From: Octopus vulgaris
Lineage: Eukaryota
Length of the DNA: 64,000 nt
Assembly (NCBI GenBank): GCA_951406725.2
Contig: OX597815.1
Span: 14,632,001 to 14,696,000 of the forward strand
Direction of reading: 5' to 3'
Positions 1-17,473 of this stretch are shown piece after piece. The first letter of the stretch is position 1; each line of letters starts with the position of its first letter. The position numbers and the translations under genes were made by a program. The notes under the pieces are model-generated. The model was not told the origin of the DNA. It ran no database searches and saw only the letters and a program-made list of their open reading frames with translations.

Positions 1-70
1 TGTAGAAAACATGTAAGATATTTCCTATAAGAAATTCTTCAGAGATACATATGTGTGTGTGTGTGTGTGT

Positions 71-315
71 TCCCTTGTCCAGATATTATGTGATGTTCGT
101 AAAGGGCCATCATGACCGTCATACTTGTGCAGTTGTTCATTTCCAGTCCTCTGCGTAAAATATGTCTCACCAGGGAAAATATTTCCTTGCTTGGAAACAG
201 GTGAGGATTGGTCACAAGAAAGGTACCCAGATGTAGAAAATCTCCATCAATGAATTCCATCTGATACACAGAAGCATGAATAGGAGAATGTTAAATGATG
301 AGGATCACCATCATC
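71..315 (+). mobile_element. Old SINE-like fragment in the ZNF 3' UTR (every unit: ~9930, ~19462, ~32743, ~42136, ~50697, ~59247)
   Basis: Follows a (GT)n tract. Ends ccagatgtagaaaat...agcatgaataggagaatgttaaatgatga, a diverged version of the tail found in the introns. Confidence 0.45.
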
Positions 316-329
316 GTGGTTCGTCTTCT

Positions 330-824
330 GTATGAATGCATTTACATTTCAATAATTGATCATTTTCATAGATTGAGTTATCAGAAAAAGCTTAGGCTAC
401 AGTTATATCTTTCATATTGATAGGACTGTGTACAAACAATTCACCATTTTGGAAGAATGATTCAGGGTTAACATCACAGTGATATGTTTTCGTTCCTCAG
501 TCAATGCTCTTTTGATTCAATAATGGATGATTTCATGTCAAAGATTTACCATAGATGTCACATTCATATAGTTTCTATATTCTGTGGATGTCTTTATGAG
601 ATACGTCCTTTGTCCTTCTGAGGAAATGTTATACAACAAATATCACTGTGTTAGGGACCCACTTCAGAAGGAAAGACTTGTTTAAATCAGAAATGATTTT
701 GTGTAAATGATTTGCCACAGATATCACTGTGAATTGATTTTTCTTGAATGTGAATGCATTTGTGTATAGGAAAGTGACTTTTTCCAGAGAATGTCTTACC
801 ACAGCTATCACAGGTATATGGTTT
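330..824 (-). pseudogene. Relic (decayed) zinc-finger repeats downstream of the stop codon, in every unit
   Basis: After TAG reads [73 protein letters not shown] and KCIHTEDEP. Confidence 0.8.
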
Positions 825-3945
<3,121 letters not shown>

Positions 3946-4165
3946 CTCTTCACTAAAATAAAACTGAACCTTTAAGTTGTACAGATCAACAACTTTTCAA
4001 AAATATTTCTTCTCTCACCAAAATATATGGATATTTTTCTTCTTTTTGTTTTTATAGTTTATTCCAAACAAATATCACTTCTCTTATATTTCTTCTAAAT
4101 GTGATCAATGCCAATATTTAAAAATGCCGCAAATACTCTTTGGAAATCTATCAATGTATATTTAA

Positions 4166-4386
4166 CCCTTTAGTGTTCAGATTATTCTGTTAAATGTAAT
4201 ACTTTTTCACTCAAATTGTTTTGAATTAATCCTAGATCATCTTACAGCTTTGAGGTTTCAATGATGTGATTACTTACTTTTAGAATGGCATTGTAAGTTA
4301 GGTGTGAGAGGCTAGATATCGCCAGTTTGAATATAAAACATGTGGAATATATTGGGCCGGATTTGGCCAGTTTAAACACTAAAGGG
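4166..4386. mobile_element. 221-bp piggyBac-like MITE in the intron of copy 1
   Basis: TTAA target duplication (4162-4165, 4387-4390). Terminal inverted repeats CCCTTTAGTGTT...AACACTAAAGGG. Single TTAA empty site in copies 3-7 (e.g. ~21877). Confidence 0.88.
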
Positions 4387-4936
4387 TTAAAAGAGAAAAT
4401 TATCTCTTGCACATTTCAGACACAGAAGTAAAGAAATGCTTTCTCTTTCAGAAGAAATATTTTACTGTAACTCAGCAACGTTTTATAGAAGCAGGATTAT
4501 ACGTTTGTCGAATATCTTTGCAGAGTCTTTTAAACATGAAACACATTGATGATTCTTTAAAAGTAAAAATTACTTTTTAGCCAATTTCATGTGATTTTCT
4601 GAAAGAATACGAAAGTAATATAAGATATCAAGTATGTTTAAAAGGCAGATATTCAAAAGTGCAAATTTACGACATTTCTTGTTTCAAAAATTTTAGATGT
4701 AATTCTTTATCTGAACTATTAAATTTATCCAATTTCTGCATTAGCAAAATGTTTATATCATAGAGGAGACACATCTATTATAATACCAAACTCCTGGAAT
4801 ATAAAGTCTGTCGTAGACACACTTCCACATACACACACACACACCAATATACATATAAATGACACTAGATTTCTGATGTTTTCATTGCAGTCTTGTATCT
4901 TTGTTTGCTAAAATAGATATCGCTCTTTCCCTAACT

Positions 4937-5240
4937 TCATCATCATCGTTTAACATCTGCTTTCCACGCTGGCATGGGTTGTGAGGTTTGACTGAGGACT
5001 GGCAAGCCATGAGGTTGAACAAGGTTTCAATCTTATCAGGCAAGATTTCTACAGCTGGATGCTGTTTGAGCGTGTAGTGGTTGCCTTTTATATGTGCCAC
5101 GGAGCCAGTCAGGTAGCATTGGTATCGACTATGCTTGAATGGTGCCTTTTAACGTGCCACCGGCACGGGTGCAAGTCAGGCGGCACTAGCATCAATCATG
5201 CTCAAATGGTACTTTTTACATGCTACCTGCATGGGAGACA
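4937..5240 (-). mobile_element. Retroposon 3'-end fragment with (GAT)n tail plus ~65-bp minisatellite x2.5 (in every intron: ~13792, ~22430, ~36471, ~45016, ~53577, ~62886)
   Basis: catcatcatcgtttaacatctgctttcc..gctggcatggg is the reverse complement of an RTE/SINE-type tail. It is followed by repeated ggtgccttttaacgtgccac...agtcagg units. Confidence 0.6.
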
Positions 5241-5391
5241 TATATACAAATACATATATATATATATAAGGTTAGCTCAACGTTAATATTTTGCTGAGCA
5301 TAAAAGATGAATAAATGTCAGTAAATAATATTGATGTCTCACTAACAGCATCAAAATCCTTAGTGGGAAATTTTAATGTAGGAAAAATTAT

Positions 5392-5590
5392 TGGTTGATG
5401 TGGAGAATGAAAGCCAGATTCCTCCAAAGAGTTTGGCGCATCCTGAAGATGGCAATGTGCTGTTGAAATGGCTGCCACGTTCACCTGAGCGGACACCTTG
5501 CCATTTCTTTCTCAGGGAGGGCCTAGTCTATGTCTCCCCTCTTCCTGCAAGCCCAGAGGAACTTAAGCAGAGAATTATTACCATACTGGT
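5392..5590 (+). mobile_element. Degraded Tc1/mariner-superfamily transposase C-terminal fragment (also ~14265, ~22918, ~36944, ~45499, ~54054, ~63357)
   Basis: WPPRSPELTPCHFFL...VY..P...EELKQRI resembles the WPPRSPDLTPCDFFLWG motif. Confidence 0.7.
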
Positions 5591-6249
5591 CGTGAGATGT
5601 GCGAAAAATAACAACTAAATAGCTCATAAATCACACTTAGTTTTTTTCTTTTTTTGGTTGCCTGACCGAACGAATTCTCGTACGCAGAAATTTCTGAAAA
5701 TTCCCCCAAATAAAAATATGTGACGAGGGATTATATTAGGTGCTTAAAGTAGCACTACACACACACAAAAATTAAATAAATTAGAAAACCATATTAATTC
5801 TAACTTTTAATGATGCAGAAGAACCACCAGAAATAAAAACTTCCTATGTTTCAAATAAAAGCTATTCCATTTCCTCTCGATGCGATATTTGCTTTTCGTT
5901 TCAGTATTTCAAGTGCACACTCGTATTTTTATACATTCCCCATTTCTAACTAATTACATCGTAATTTTCCCGCATTTAACGAAATTGTCGAATTTACACG
6001 TTAGAAAGAAAGATAAATGTTATCTAAACAAGGGATTGATCCGACGTTTTTACAAATAATTTAGAAAATAACCAAAAGTGCAATGAAATGTCTAAAAGAA
6101 AACGACAACACAATAAAAGTATTAAAATTACAGCCTTTCGTATAATTTCGTCTTAGTGAGATTTTTTTTTCCTTTTAACTTTCTCAACACATCGAAACAA
6201 ATAAATGTACATAATACGACACATATATAATAGAAATGTTTAAATAAAT

Positions 6250-6255
6250 ACTTAC
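6250..6255 (-). promoter_or_regulatory. Putative 5' splice donor (GTAAGT) of a non-coding first exon; also 15123-15128, 23765-23770, 37798-37803, 46357-46362, 54912-54917
   Basis: Consensus ctat|GTAAGT on the gene strand ~2.1-2.3 kb upstream of the acceptor-like ttttcttgaag/ttttag just before the ATG. No transcript evidence. Confidence 0.5.
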
Positions 6256-6643
6256 ATAGTAATAGATATGGAGAGAAAGAGTGAAGGAGGAAGACGTGAG
6301 AACTGGAGTCTGAGTGGACAAACGACAGCTTCAAGAGAATTTCTAGATTTCTACAACAAACGTTAATTAATATTTTTCAGGTCCACATAATCGTAAATGG
6401 GGTATCTGTTTCTTTAGACAGTTAATTACCAATCACTTGTATATATTTGATTGGATTTTCTCTTAAATGTCAGTTGTCAAGTGGAACTGATCAAGCAATC
6501 AAGGTGCGTGGGAAACAAGAACAAGAATACACTTAATGAGGAAGAACAAGGGGAACTAACTCCGGTCTTTAAAGAATTGCGGCTCTACTTTAATAGATTT
6601 GGGATTTTGTGAAAGAGATTTCTTCAATATTCGGCTTCATCGC

Positions 6644-7345
6644 TGTTATGTGTTGTTTTCTTCTAATGGGATAAACAACTCAATACGAAGCATAGTTATT
6701 CTTTTACGTGTTTAATTACTTTTTCATGTTACGCGAACTGGACTACATTCCGCGCAGCGACACCGGTATAACTTTAGACACAACGTAGTAATACTTATAA
6801 AATAGTGCCAAAAGCGGGGACGTATTCCACACACACACGCATATATATGAACGTGTAACATCCCTTTTTTTGAAAAAAAAAAGGGAGTTCTTTTGGCAGT
6901 GAAGACAAATATAGCAGTCTCCCTTACTCTAATGGATTGTCGGCGCGAGGTGGAAATCCTGCAGCAGAAACCGTGAGATTATTCTGCCTCTGCTTTGTAA
7001 TCGAGCAGAATTAGTTACTTGTCTTTTCATTTATTTGGAAAAAACTTTATCATGAATAAAAAGAGTAAATATTTACGTTTTTTAAAATCAAAATATACCA
7101 TTGGTTTTAATTGCCTAAAAAAAATTTTCCGATTAATTATCCCACCGCTGCCAACATGTTATGTTTTATTTCGTTCTAATGGGACAGACAACGCAATACG
7201 AAGCCATTGTTATTCTTTTACGTGTTTAATTACCTTTTCATGTTACACGAACTGGACTACATTCAGCGTAGTGATACATATATACTTTAGACACAGTTCA
7301 TACTGTTACTAACAAAATAGTGCCAAAAGTGGGGATGTATTCTAC
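6644..7345. repeat. Diverged ~190-bp direct repeat pair (6644-6830 and 7157-7345) in the putative promoter region of each unit
   Basis: Both copies read ttctaatggga..caatacgaagc..ttattcttttacgtgtttaattac..gaactggactacattc..aaaatagtgccaaaag.gggga.gtattc. Confidence 0.8.
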
Positions 7346-7824
7346 CTACGTATACCTGCGTATTCACATAGATATGAATGTGTCACACTGTGGTTTAAAG
7401 TTTGATCATTCTTACCCATTAAGAAAACAATATTTGGAAGCTGTCATTTTGTTCATGTAAAAAGGGGTGTGAGATATCAAATTATTGTGATTTTGGACTT
7501 TTTACAGGTTAATTCATACGATTCTGCAAATACGTGATATAAAAAAAACTTTGTTCAATTAAGAAACAAATTACTTTTAACTATGCACTGTCCATCACCA
7601 TTTCCTCCACCACAACCATCATCTCTCTCTCTCTCTCTCTTTGTGCCTCAAATCTCACCATCAGAACATCACCACTCTGCTAAAATTATATTGCTAACTT
7701 CTCTATATCATCAACTTCAACTAACTTTTTTAACGATGCAATAAATATTATGTTCCCCTCTATCACATATCATGTACGCTTCTCTCTGTCCCTCTTTCTA
7801 TCTTACTCTTTGCTTTAATATATG

Positions 7825-8220
7825 GGTGCTTGAAACTCAGATAAGAATTGCTGGGACCAGTATTCCATTTGGGACATGCTTTTGAAATGGAAAGAAAGCA
7901 TGCCCTTTTTTGGAACGACTTCTGACTGGAGACGAAAAATGGATTGCATGCTTAATGTTGTGCAAAACTGATCCTGGAGTTTGCAGAAATATTCCCCAAG
8001 CAACCAAAGATGAATATCCATGGCAACAAACCCGTCCTTTGTGTTTGGTGGAATCATAAAGGCATTAATATGACCTTCTCCCGTAAAACCAGACCATTCA
8101 TTCTGATGTGTTCTGTCATCAACTGGCTAATTCGAACCAAAATATATCAAGGAACTGCGGTTGGAGATTACCAACAGAAAAGCATTAGTCTTCCAACAAG
8201 ACAATGCCCGGCCATTGTCT
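7825..8220 (+). mobile_element. Degraded mariner transposase fragment (also ~16680-17070, ~30660-31057, ~39355-39746, ~47915-48307, ~56470-56862)
   Basis: Across frameshifts reads LERLLTGDEKWI, LCVWWNHKGI and LVFQQDNARP, matching the mariner TGDEKW / CVWWD / HDNARPH motifs. Confidence 0.75.
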
Positions 8221-8420
8221 AATAGAAAGGATTCACCCTAACTCCCTCATATTCCTTATAGTCTTCATTATTATCATTTTCATGTCGTATGTTTTTGAAT
8301 CCAATATTCTTTCATCAGATGCATCCTTAATTGAATTCTTTTCTTTTTGCTTTGCATCTCTTACAGATTTAAGTCTTTAATTTTATAAATATATATTTAT
8401 ATAATCTTTTAGCTGTTTAT

Positions 8421-8592
8421 AGGCGCAGGAGTGGCTGTGTGGTAAGTAGCTTGCTTACGAACCACATGCTTCCGAGTTCAGTCCCACTGCATGGCATCTT
8501 GGGCAAGTGTCTTCTGCTATAGCCTCGGGCCGACCAATGCCTTGTGAGTGGATATGGTAGACGGAAACTGAAAGAAGCCTGTCGTATATACG

Positions 8593-8623
<31 letters not shown>

Positions 8624-8826
8624 GTTTGTGTGTCTGTGTTTGTCCCCCTAGCATTGATTGACAACCGATGCTGGTGTGTTTACGTCCCCGTCACTTAGCG
8701 GTTCGGCAAAATAGACTGATAGAATAAGTACTAGGCTTACAAAGAATAAGTCCCGGGGTCGATTTTTTCGACTAAAGGTGGTGCTCCAGCATGGCCGCAG
8801 TCAACTGACTGAAACAAGTAAAAGAG
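8421..8826 (+). mobile_element. tRNA-derived SINE (octopus-type) with internal (TA)/(TG) microsatellite
   Basis: tRNA-like head with Pol III A-box-like TGGCTGTGTGGT and B-box-like GAGTTCAGTCCC. Flanked by TTAT repeats. Empty site gctgtttat|ccattatcc at ~17263. Confidence 0.85.
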
Positions 8827-9789
8827 TTATCCATTATCCAAAAACAAAAGGTCCCGGTCACTAGTCATGGCCTCGGTGTCTAGTGAGGCAATGGATTGGG
8901 TTATTCCTGGAACCAAAACACTCTAAAGTGGAGCCTGTATTGTGTCTGCATCAAAAGATAGTCGCTCATCTGCTATTCACTGAAAACTGAAGGTAATTGG
9001 AATACGGTAATTACTTAATACCCTTTATGCACAATTTTATAGACACAGCACTTATAAAATAAATATTCGCTCATATTTTTCCAGTTTTCTCATAAACAGA
9101 AAAAAATTACATTTTAAAATTTACATAGGCACAATTTCTTATCTAAAACACGAGAAGTGTATCGTAAAAAAATTACCTTATATGTAAAATATAGGGGTCA
9201 GAATTTAATGTAACATGGCTTACTCTGAAAACCACATCAGTGGTAACTTGTAAGCCAAGGTGATGGGTCAGAGAGCCAATACACATGTCAATTTGTAAGA
9301 TTTGTAAAAAAAACTTAGTTCAAATAAAAAAAAAATTACTTTTCACTTTGTATTCACCATCACAACCACCACCATCATCTGTCTCTCTCTACCTTTCTTT
9401 AACCTCTCCATCAGGACATTACCCACCTTCTAAAATTATATTCCTTACTCTCCTCTATATCACAACCTTAACTAAATATGTCCCCCTATCACGTCATACA
9501 CACTTCTCACTCTTCCCGTCTCACTCATGGCCTTATCCTTTCTCTCCAATCACATGAAAGTGTTACTGACGACCTAAGTATCGTAATGACAAGTAGAATT
9601 CTTATAAGACCACCTTCCTTTACTTTTCCCTCTCTCTCACCCCACTACTCTAACATAAATACACCAGTTGAACAAACAAGCTTGTGATTACATATATACA
9701 CGTACATTATTTTTGTGGGAGGTTTGGATAATATTTTTTGCAAGGTAATTACAAATCACATAAGAAGACCGGAGAAAAGTTTGATATTA

Positions 9790-9795
9790 TTTATT
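9790..9795 (-). terminator. Putative polyadenylation signal of the ZNF genes; also 19329, 32617, 42003, 50564, 59121
   Basis: AATAAA on the minus strand ~0.9 kb after the stop, followed by U/GU-rich sequence. Confidence 0.45.
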
Positions 9796-9893
9796 CAGCT
9801 TTACATGTGTTTCATTTCCTAATAGGAATCAAAAGCTTTTAGATGTGTAGAAAACATGTAAGATATTTCCTATAAGAAATTCTTCAGAGATAC

Positions 9894-9929
<36 letters not shown>

Positions 9930-10682
9930 ACCCTTGTCCAGATATTATGTGATGTTCGGAAAGGGCCATCATGACCGTCATACTTGTGCAGTTGTTCATT
10001 TCCAGTCCTTCGCGTGAAATATGTCTCACCAGGGAAAATATTTCCTTGCTTGGAAACAGGTGAGCATTGGTCACAAGAAAGGTACCCAGATGTAGAAAAT
10101 CTCCATCAATGAATTCCATCTGATCCACAGAAGCATGAATAGCAGAATGTTAAATGATGAGGATCACCATCATCAGGGTTCGCCTTCTGTATGAATGCAT
10201 TTACATTTCAATAATTGATCATTTTCATAGATTGAGTTATCAGAAAAAGCTTAGGCTACAGTTATATCTTTCATATTAATAGGACTGTGTACAAACAATT
10301 CACCAATTTGGAAGAATGATTCAGGGTTAACATCACAGTGATATGTTTTCGTTCCTCAGTCAATGCTCTTTTGATTCAATAATGGATGATTTCATGTCAA
10401 AGATTTACCATAGATGTCACATTCATATAGTTTCTATATTCTGTGGATGTCTTTATGAGATACGTCCTTTGTCCTTCTGAGGAAATGTTATACAACAAAT
10501 ATCACTGTGTTAGGGACCCACTTCAGAAGGAAAGACTTGTTTAAATCAGAAATGATTTTGTGTAAATGATTTGCCACAGATATCACTGTGAATTGATTTT
10601 TCTTGAATGTGAATGCATTTGTGTATAGGAAAGTGACTTTTCCAGAGAATGTCTTACCACAGCTATCACAGGTATATGGTTT

Positions 10683-12798
<2,116 letters not shown>

Positions 12799-13018
12799 CT
12801 CTTCACTAAAATAAAACTGAACCTTTAAGTTGTACAGATCAACAACTTTTCAAAAATATTTCTTCTCTCACCAAAATATATGGATATTTTTCTTCTTTTT
12901 GTTTTTATAGTTTATTCCAAACAAATATCACTTCTCTTATATTTCTTCTAAATGTGATCAATGCCAATATTTAAAAATGCCGCAAATACTCTTTGGAAAT
13001 CTATCAATGTATATTTAA

Positions 13019-13239
13019 CCCTTTAGTGTTCAGATTATTCTGTTAAATGTAATACTTTTTCACTCAAATTGTTTTGAATTAATCCTAGATCATCTTACAG
13101 CTTTGAGGTTTCAATGATGTGATTACTTACTTTTAGAATGGCATTGTAAGTTAGGTGTGAGAGGCTAGATATCGCCAGTTTGAATATAAAACATGTGGAA
13201 TATATTGGGCCGGATTTGGCCAGTTTAAACACTAAAGGG
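13019..13239. mobile_element. 221-bp piggyBac-like MITE in the intron of copy 2
   Basis: Same element, TIRs and TTAA TSD as 4166-4386. Confidence 0.88.
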
Positions 13240-16200
13240 TTAAAAGAGAAAATTATCTCTTGCACATTTCAGACACAGAAGTAAAGAAATGCTTTCTCTT
13301 TCAGAAGAAATATTTTACTGTAACTCAGCAACGTTTTATAGAAGCAGGATTATACGTTTGTCGAATATCTTTGCAGAGTCTTTTAAACATGAAACACATT
13401 GATGATTCTTTAAAAGTAAAAATTACTTTTTAGCCAATTTCATGTGATTTTCTGAAAGAATACGAAAGTAATATAAGATATCAAGTATGTTTAAAAGGCA
13501 GATATTCAAAAGTGCAAATTTACGACATTTCTTGTTTCAAAAATTTTAGATGTAATTCTTTATCTGAACTATTAAATTTATCCAATTTCTGCATTAGCAA
13601 AATGTTTATATCATAGAGGAGACACATCTATTATAATACCAAACTCCTGGAATATAAAGTCTGTCGTAGACACACTTCCACATACACACACACACACACC
13701 AATATACATATAAATGACACTAGATTTCTGATGTTTTCATTGCAGTCTTGTATCTTTGTTTGCTAAAATAGATATCGCTCTTTCCCTAACTTCATCATCA
13801 TCGTTTAACATCTGCTTTCCACGCTGGCATGGGTTGTGAGGTTTGACTGAGGACTGACAAGCCATGAGGTTGAACAAGGTTTCAATCTTATCAGGCAAGA
13901 TTTCTACAGCTGGATGCTGTTTGAGCGTGTAGTGGTTGCCTTTTATATGTGCCACGGAGCCAGTCAGGTAGCATTGGTATCGACTATGCTTGAATGGTGC
14001 CTTTTAACGTGCCACCGGCACGGGTGCAAGTCAGGCAGCACTAGCATCAATCATGTTCAAATGGTACTTTTTACATGCTACCTGCATGGGAGCCATATAT
14101 ACAAATACATGTATATATATATATATACATATATATATATAAGGTTAGCTCAACGTTAATATTTTGCTGAGCATAAAAGATGAATAAATGTCAGTAAATA
14201 ATATTGATGTCTCACTAACAGCATCAAAATCCTTAGTGGGAAATTTTAATGTAGGAAAAATTATTGGTTGATGTGGAGAATGAAAGCCAGATTCCTCCAA
14301 AGAGTTTGGCGCATCCTGAAGATGGCAATGTGCTGTTGAAATGGCTGCCACGTTCACCTGAGCGGACACCTTGCCATTTCTTTCTCAGGGAGGGCCTAGT
14401 CTATGTCTCCCCTCTTCCTGCAAGCCCAGAGGAACTTAAGCAGAGAATTATTACCATACTGGTCGTGAGATGTGCGAAAAATAACAACTAAATAGCTCAT
14501 AAATCACACTTAGTTTTTTTCTTTTTTTGGTTGCCTGACCGAACGAATTCTCGTACGCAGAAATTTCTGAAAATTCCCCCAAATAAAAATATGTGACGAG
14601 GGATTATATTAGGTGCTTAAAGTAGCACTACACACACACAAAAATTAAATTAATTAGAAAACCACATTAATTCTAACTTTTAATGATGCAGAAGAACCAC
14701 CAGAAATAAAAACTTCCTATGTTTCAAATAAAAGCTATTCCATTTCCTCTCGATGCGATATTTGCTTTTCGTTTCAGTATTTCAAGTGCACACTCGTATT
14801 TTTATACATTCCCCATTTCTAACTAATTACATCGTAATTTTCCCGCATTTAACGAAATTGTCGAATTTACACGTTAGAAAGAAAGATAAATGTTATCTAA
14901 ACAAGGGATTGATCCGACGTTTTTACAAATAATTTAGAAAATAACCAAAAGTGCAATGAAATGTCTAAAAGAAAACGACAACACAATAAAAGTATTAAAA
15001 TTACAGCCTTTCGTATAATTTCGTCTTAGTGAGATTTTTTTTTCCTTTTAACTTTCTCAACACATCGAAACAAATAAATGTACATAATACGACACATGTA
15101 TAATAGAAATGTTTAAATAAATACTTACATAGTAATAGATATGGAGAGAAAGAGTGAAGGAGGAAGACGTGAGAACTGGAGTCTGAGTGGACAAACGACA
15201 GCTTCAAGAGAATTTCTAGATTTCTACAACAAACGTTAATTAATATTTTTCAGGTCCACATAATCGTAAATGGGGTATCTGTTTCTTTAGACAGTTAATT
15301 ACCAATCACTTGTATATATTTGATTGGATTTTCTCTTAAATATCAGTTGTCAAGTGGAACTGATCAAGCAATCAAGATGCGTGGGAAACAAGAACAAGAA
15401 ATACTCTTAATGAGGAAGAACAAGGGGAACTAACTCCGGTCTTTAAAGAATTGCGGCTCTACTTTAATAGATTTGGGATTTTGTGAAAGAGATTTCTTCA
15501 ATATTCGGCTTCATCACTGTTATGTGTTGTTTTCTTCTAATGGGATAAACAACTCAATACGAAGCATAGTTATTCTTTTACGTGTTTAATTACTTTTTCA
15601 TGTTACGCGAACTGAACTACATTCCGCGCAGCGACACCGGTATAACTTTAGACACAGCGTAGTAATACTTATAAAATAGTGCCAAAAGCGGGGACGTATT
15701 CCACACACACACGCATATATATGAACGTGTAACATCCCTTTTTTTGAAAAAAAAAGGGTCTTTTGGCAGTGAAGACAAATATAGCAGTCTCCCTTACTCT
15801 AATGGATTGTCAGCGCGAGGTGGAAATCCTGCAGCAGAAACCGTGAGATTATTCTGCCTCTGCTTTGTAATCGAGCAGAATTAGTTACTTGTCTTTTCAT
15901 TTATTTGGAAAAAACTTTATCATGAATAAAAAGAGAAAATATTTACGTTTTTTAAAATCAAAATATACCATTGGTTTAATTGCCTAAAAAACATTTTCCG
16001 ATTAATTATCCCACCGCTGCCACCATGTTATGTTTTATTTCGTTCTAATGGGATAAACAACTCAATACGAAGCCATTGTTATTCTTTTACGTGTTTAATT
16101 ACCTTTTCATGTTACACGAACTGGACTACATTCAGCGTAGTGATACATATAAACTTTATACTGTCACTAACAAAATAGTGCCAAAAGTGGGGATGTATTC

Positions 16201-17473
16201 TACTTACGTATACCTGCGTATTCACACAGATATGAATGTGTCACACTGTGGTTTAAAGTTTGATCATTCTTACCCATTAAGAAAACAATATTTGGAAGCT
16301 GTCATTTTGTTCATGTAAAGAAGGGGTGTGAAATGTCAAATTATTGTGATTTTGGACTTTTTACAGGTTAATTCATACGATTCTGCAAATACGTAATATA
16401 AAAAAAACTTTGTTCAATTAAAAACAAATTACTTTTAACTATGCACTGTCCATCACCATTTCCTCCACCACAACCATCATCTCTCTATCTCTCTTTGTGC
16501 CTCAAATCTCACCATCAGAACATCACCACTCTGCTAAAATTATATTGCTAACTTCTCTATATCATCAACTTCAACTAACTTTTTTAACGATGTAAGAAAT
16601 ATTATGTTCCCCTCTATCACATATCATGTACACTTCTCTCTGTTCCTCTTTCTATCTTACTCTTTGCTTTAATATATGGGTGCTTGAAACTCTTAGATAA
16701 GAATTGCTGGGACCAGTATTCCGTTTGGGACATGCTTTTGAAAAGGAAAGAAAGCATGCCCTTTTTGGAACGACTTCTGACTGGAGACGAAAAATGGATT
16801 GCATGCTTAATGTGCAAAACTGATCCTGGAGTTTGCAGAAATATCCCCCAAGCAGCCAAAGATGAATATCCATGGCAACAAACCCGTCCTTTGTGTTTGG
16901 TGGAAACATAAAGGCATTAATATGACCTTCTCCCATGAAACCAGACCATTCATTCTGTTGTGTTCTGTCGTCAACTGGCTAATTTGAACCAAAATATATC
17001 AAAGAACTGCGGCTGGAGATTACCAACAGAAAAGCATTAGTCTTCCAACAAGACAATGCCCGATCATTGTCAAATAGAAAGGATTCACCCTATCTCCCTC
17101 ATATTCCTTATAGTCTTCATTTTTATGTCGTATGTTTTTTAAACCAATATTCTTTCACCCGATGCATTCTTAATTGAATTCTTTTCTTTTTGTTTTGCAT
17201 CTCTTACAGATTAAAGTCTTTAATTTTATAAATATATATTTATATAATCTTTTAGCTGTTTATCCATTATCCAAAAACAAAAGGTCCCGGTCACTAGTCA
17301 TGGCCTTGGTGTCCAGTGAGGCAATGGATTGGGTTATTCCTGACACCAAAACACTCTAAAGTGGAGCCTGTATTGTGTCTGCATCAAAAGATAGTCGCTC
17401 ATCTGCTACTCACTGAAAACTGAAGGAAATTGGAATACGGTAATTACTTAATACACTTTATGCACAATTTTAT

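Noticed and set aside
8421-8495. tRNA-like sequence
   Set aside because: It is the head of a SINE with body, tail and paralogous empty site, not a tRNA gene.
4882-9687. Short 60-100 aa ORFs recurring in every unit (e.g. MAHIKGN..., MSAQVNV..., MYSPSQ...)
   Set aside because: Recurrence reflects DNA duplication. They overlap repeats/microsatellites, many use non-ATG starts, and indels break them in some copies.
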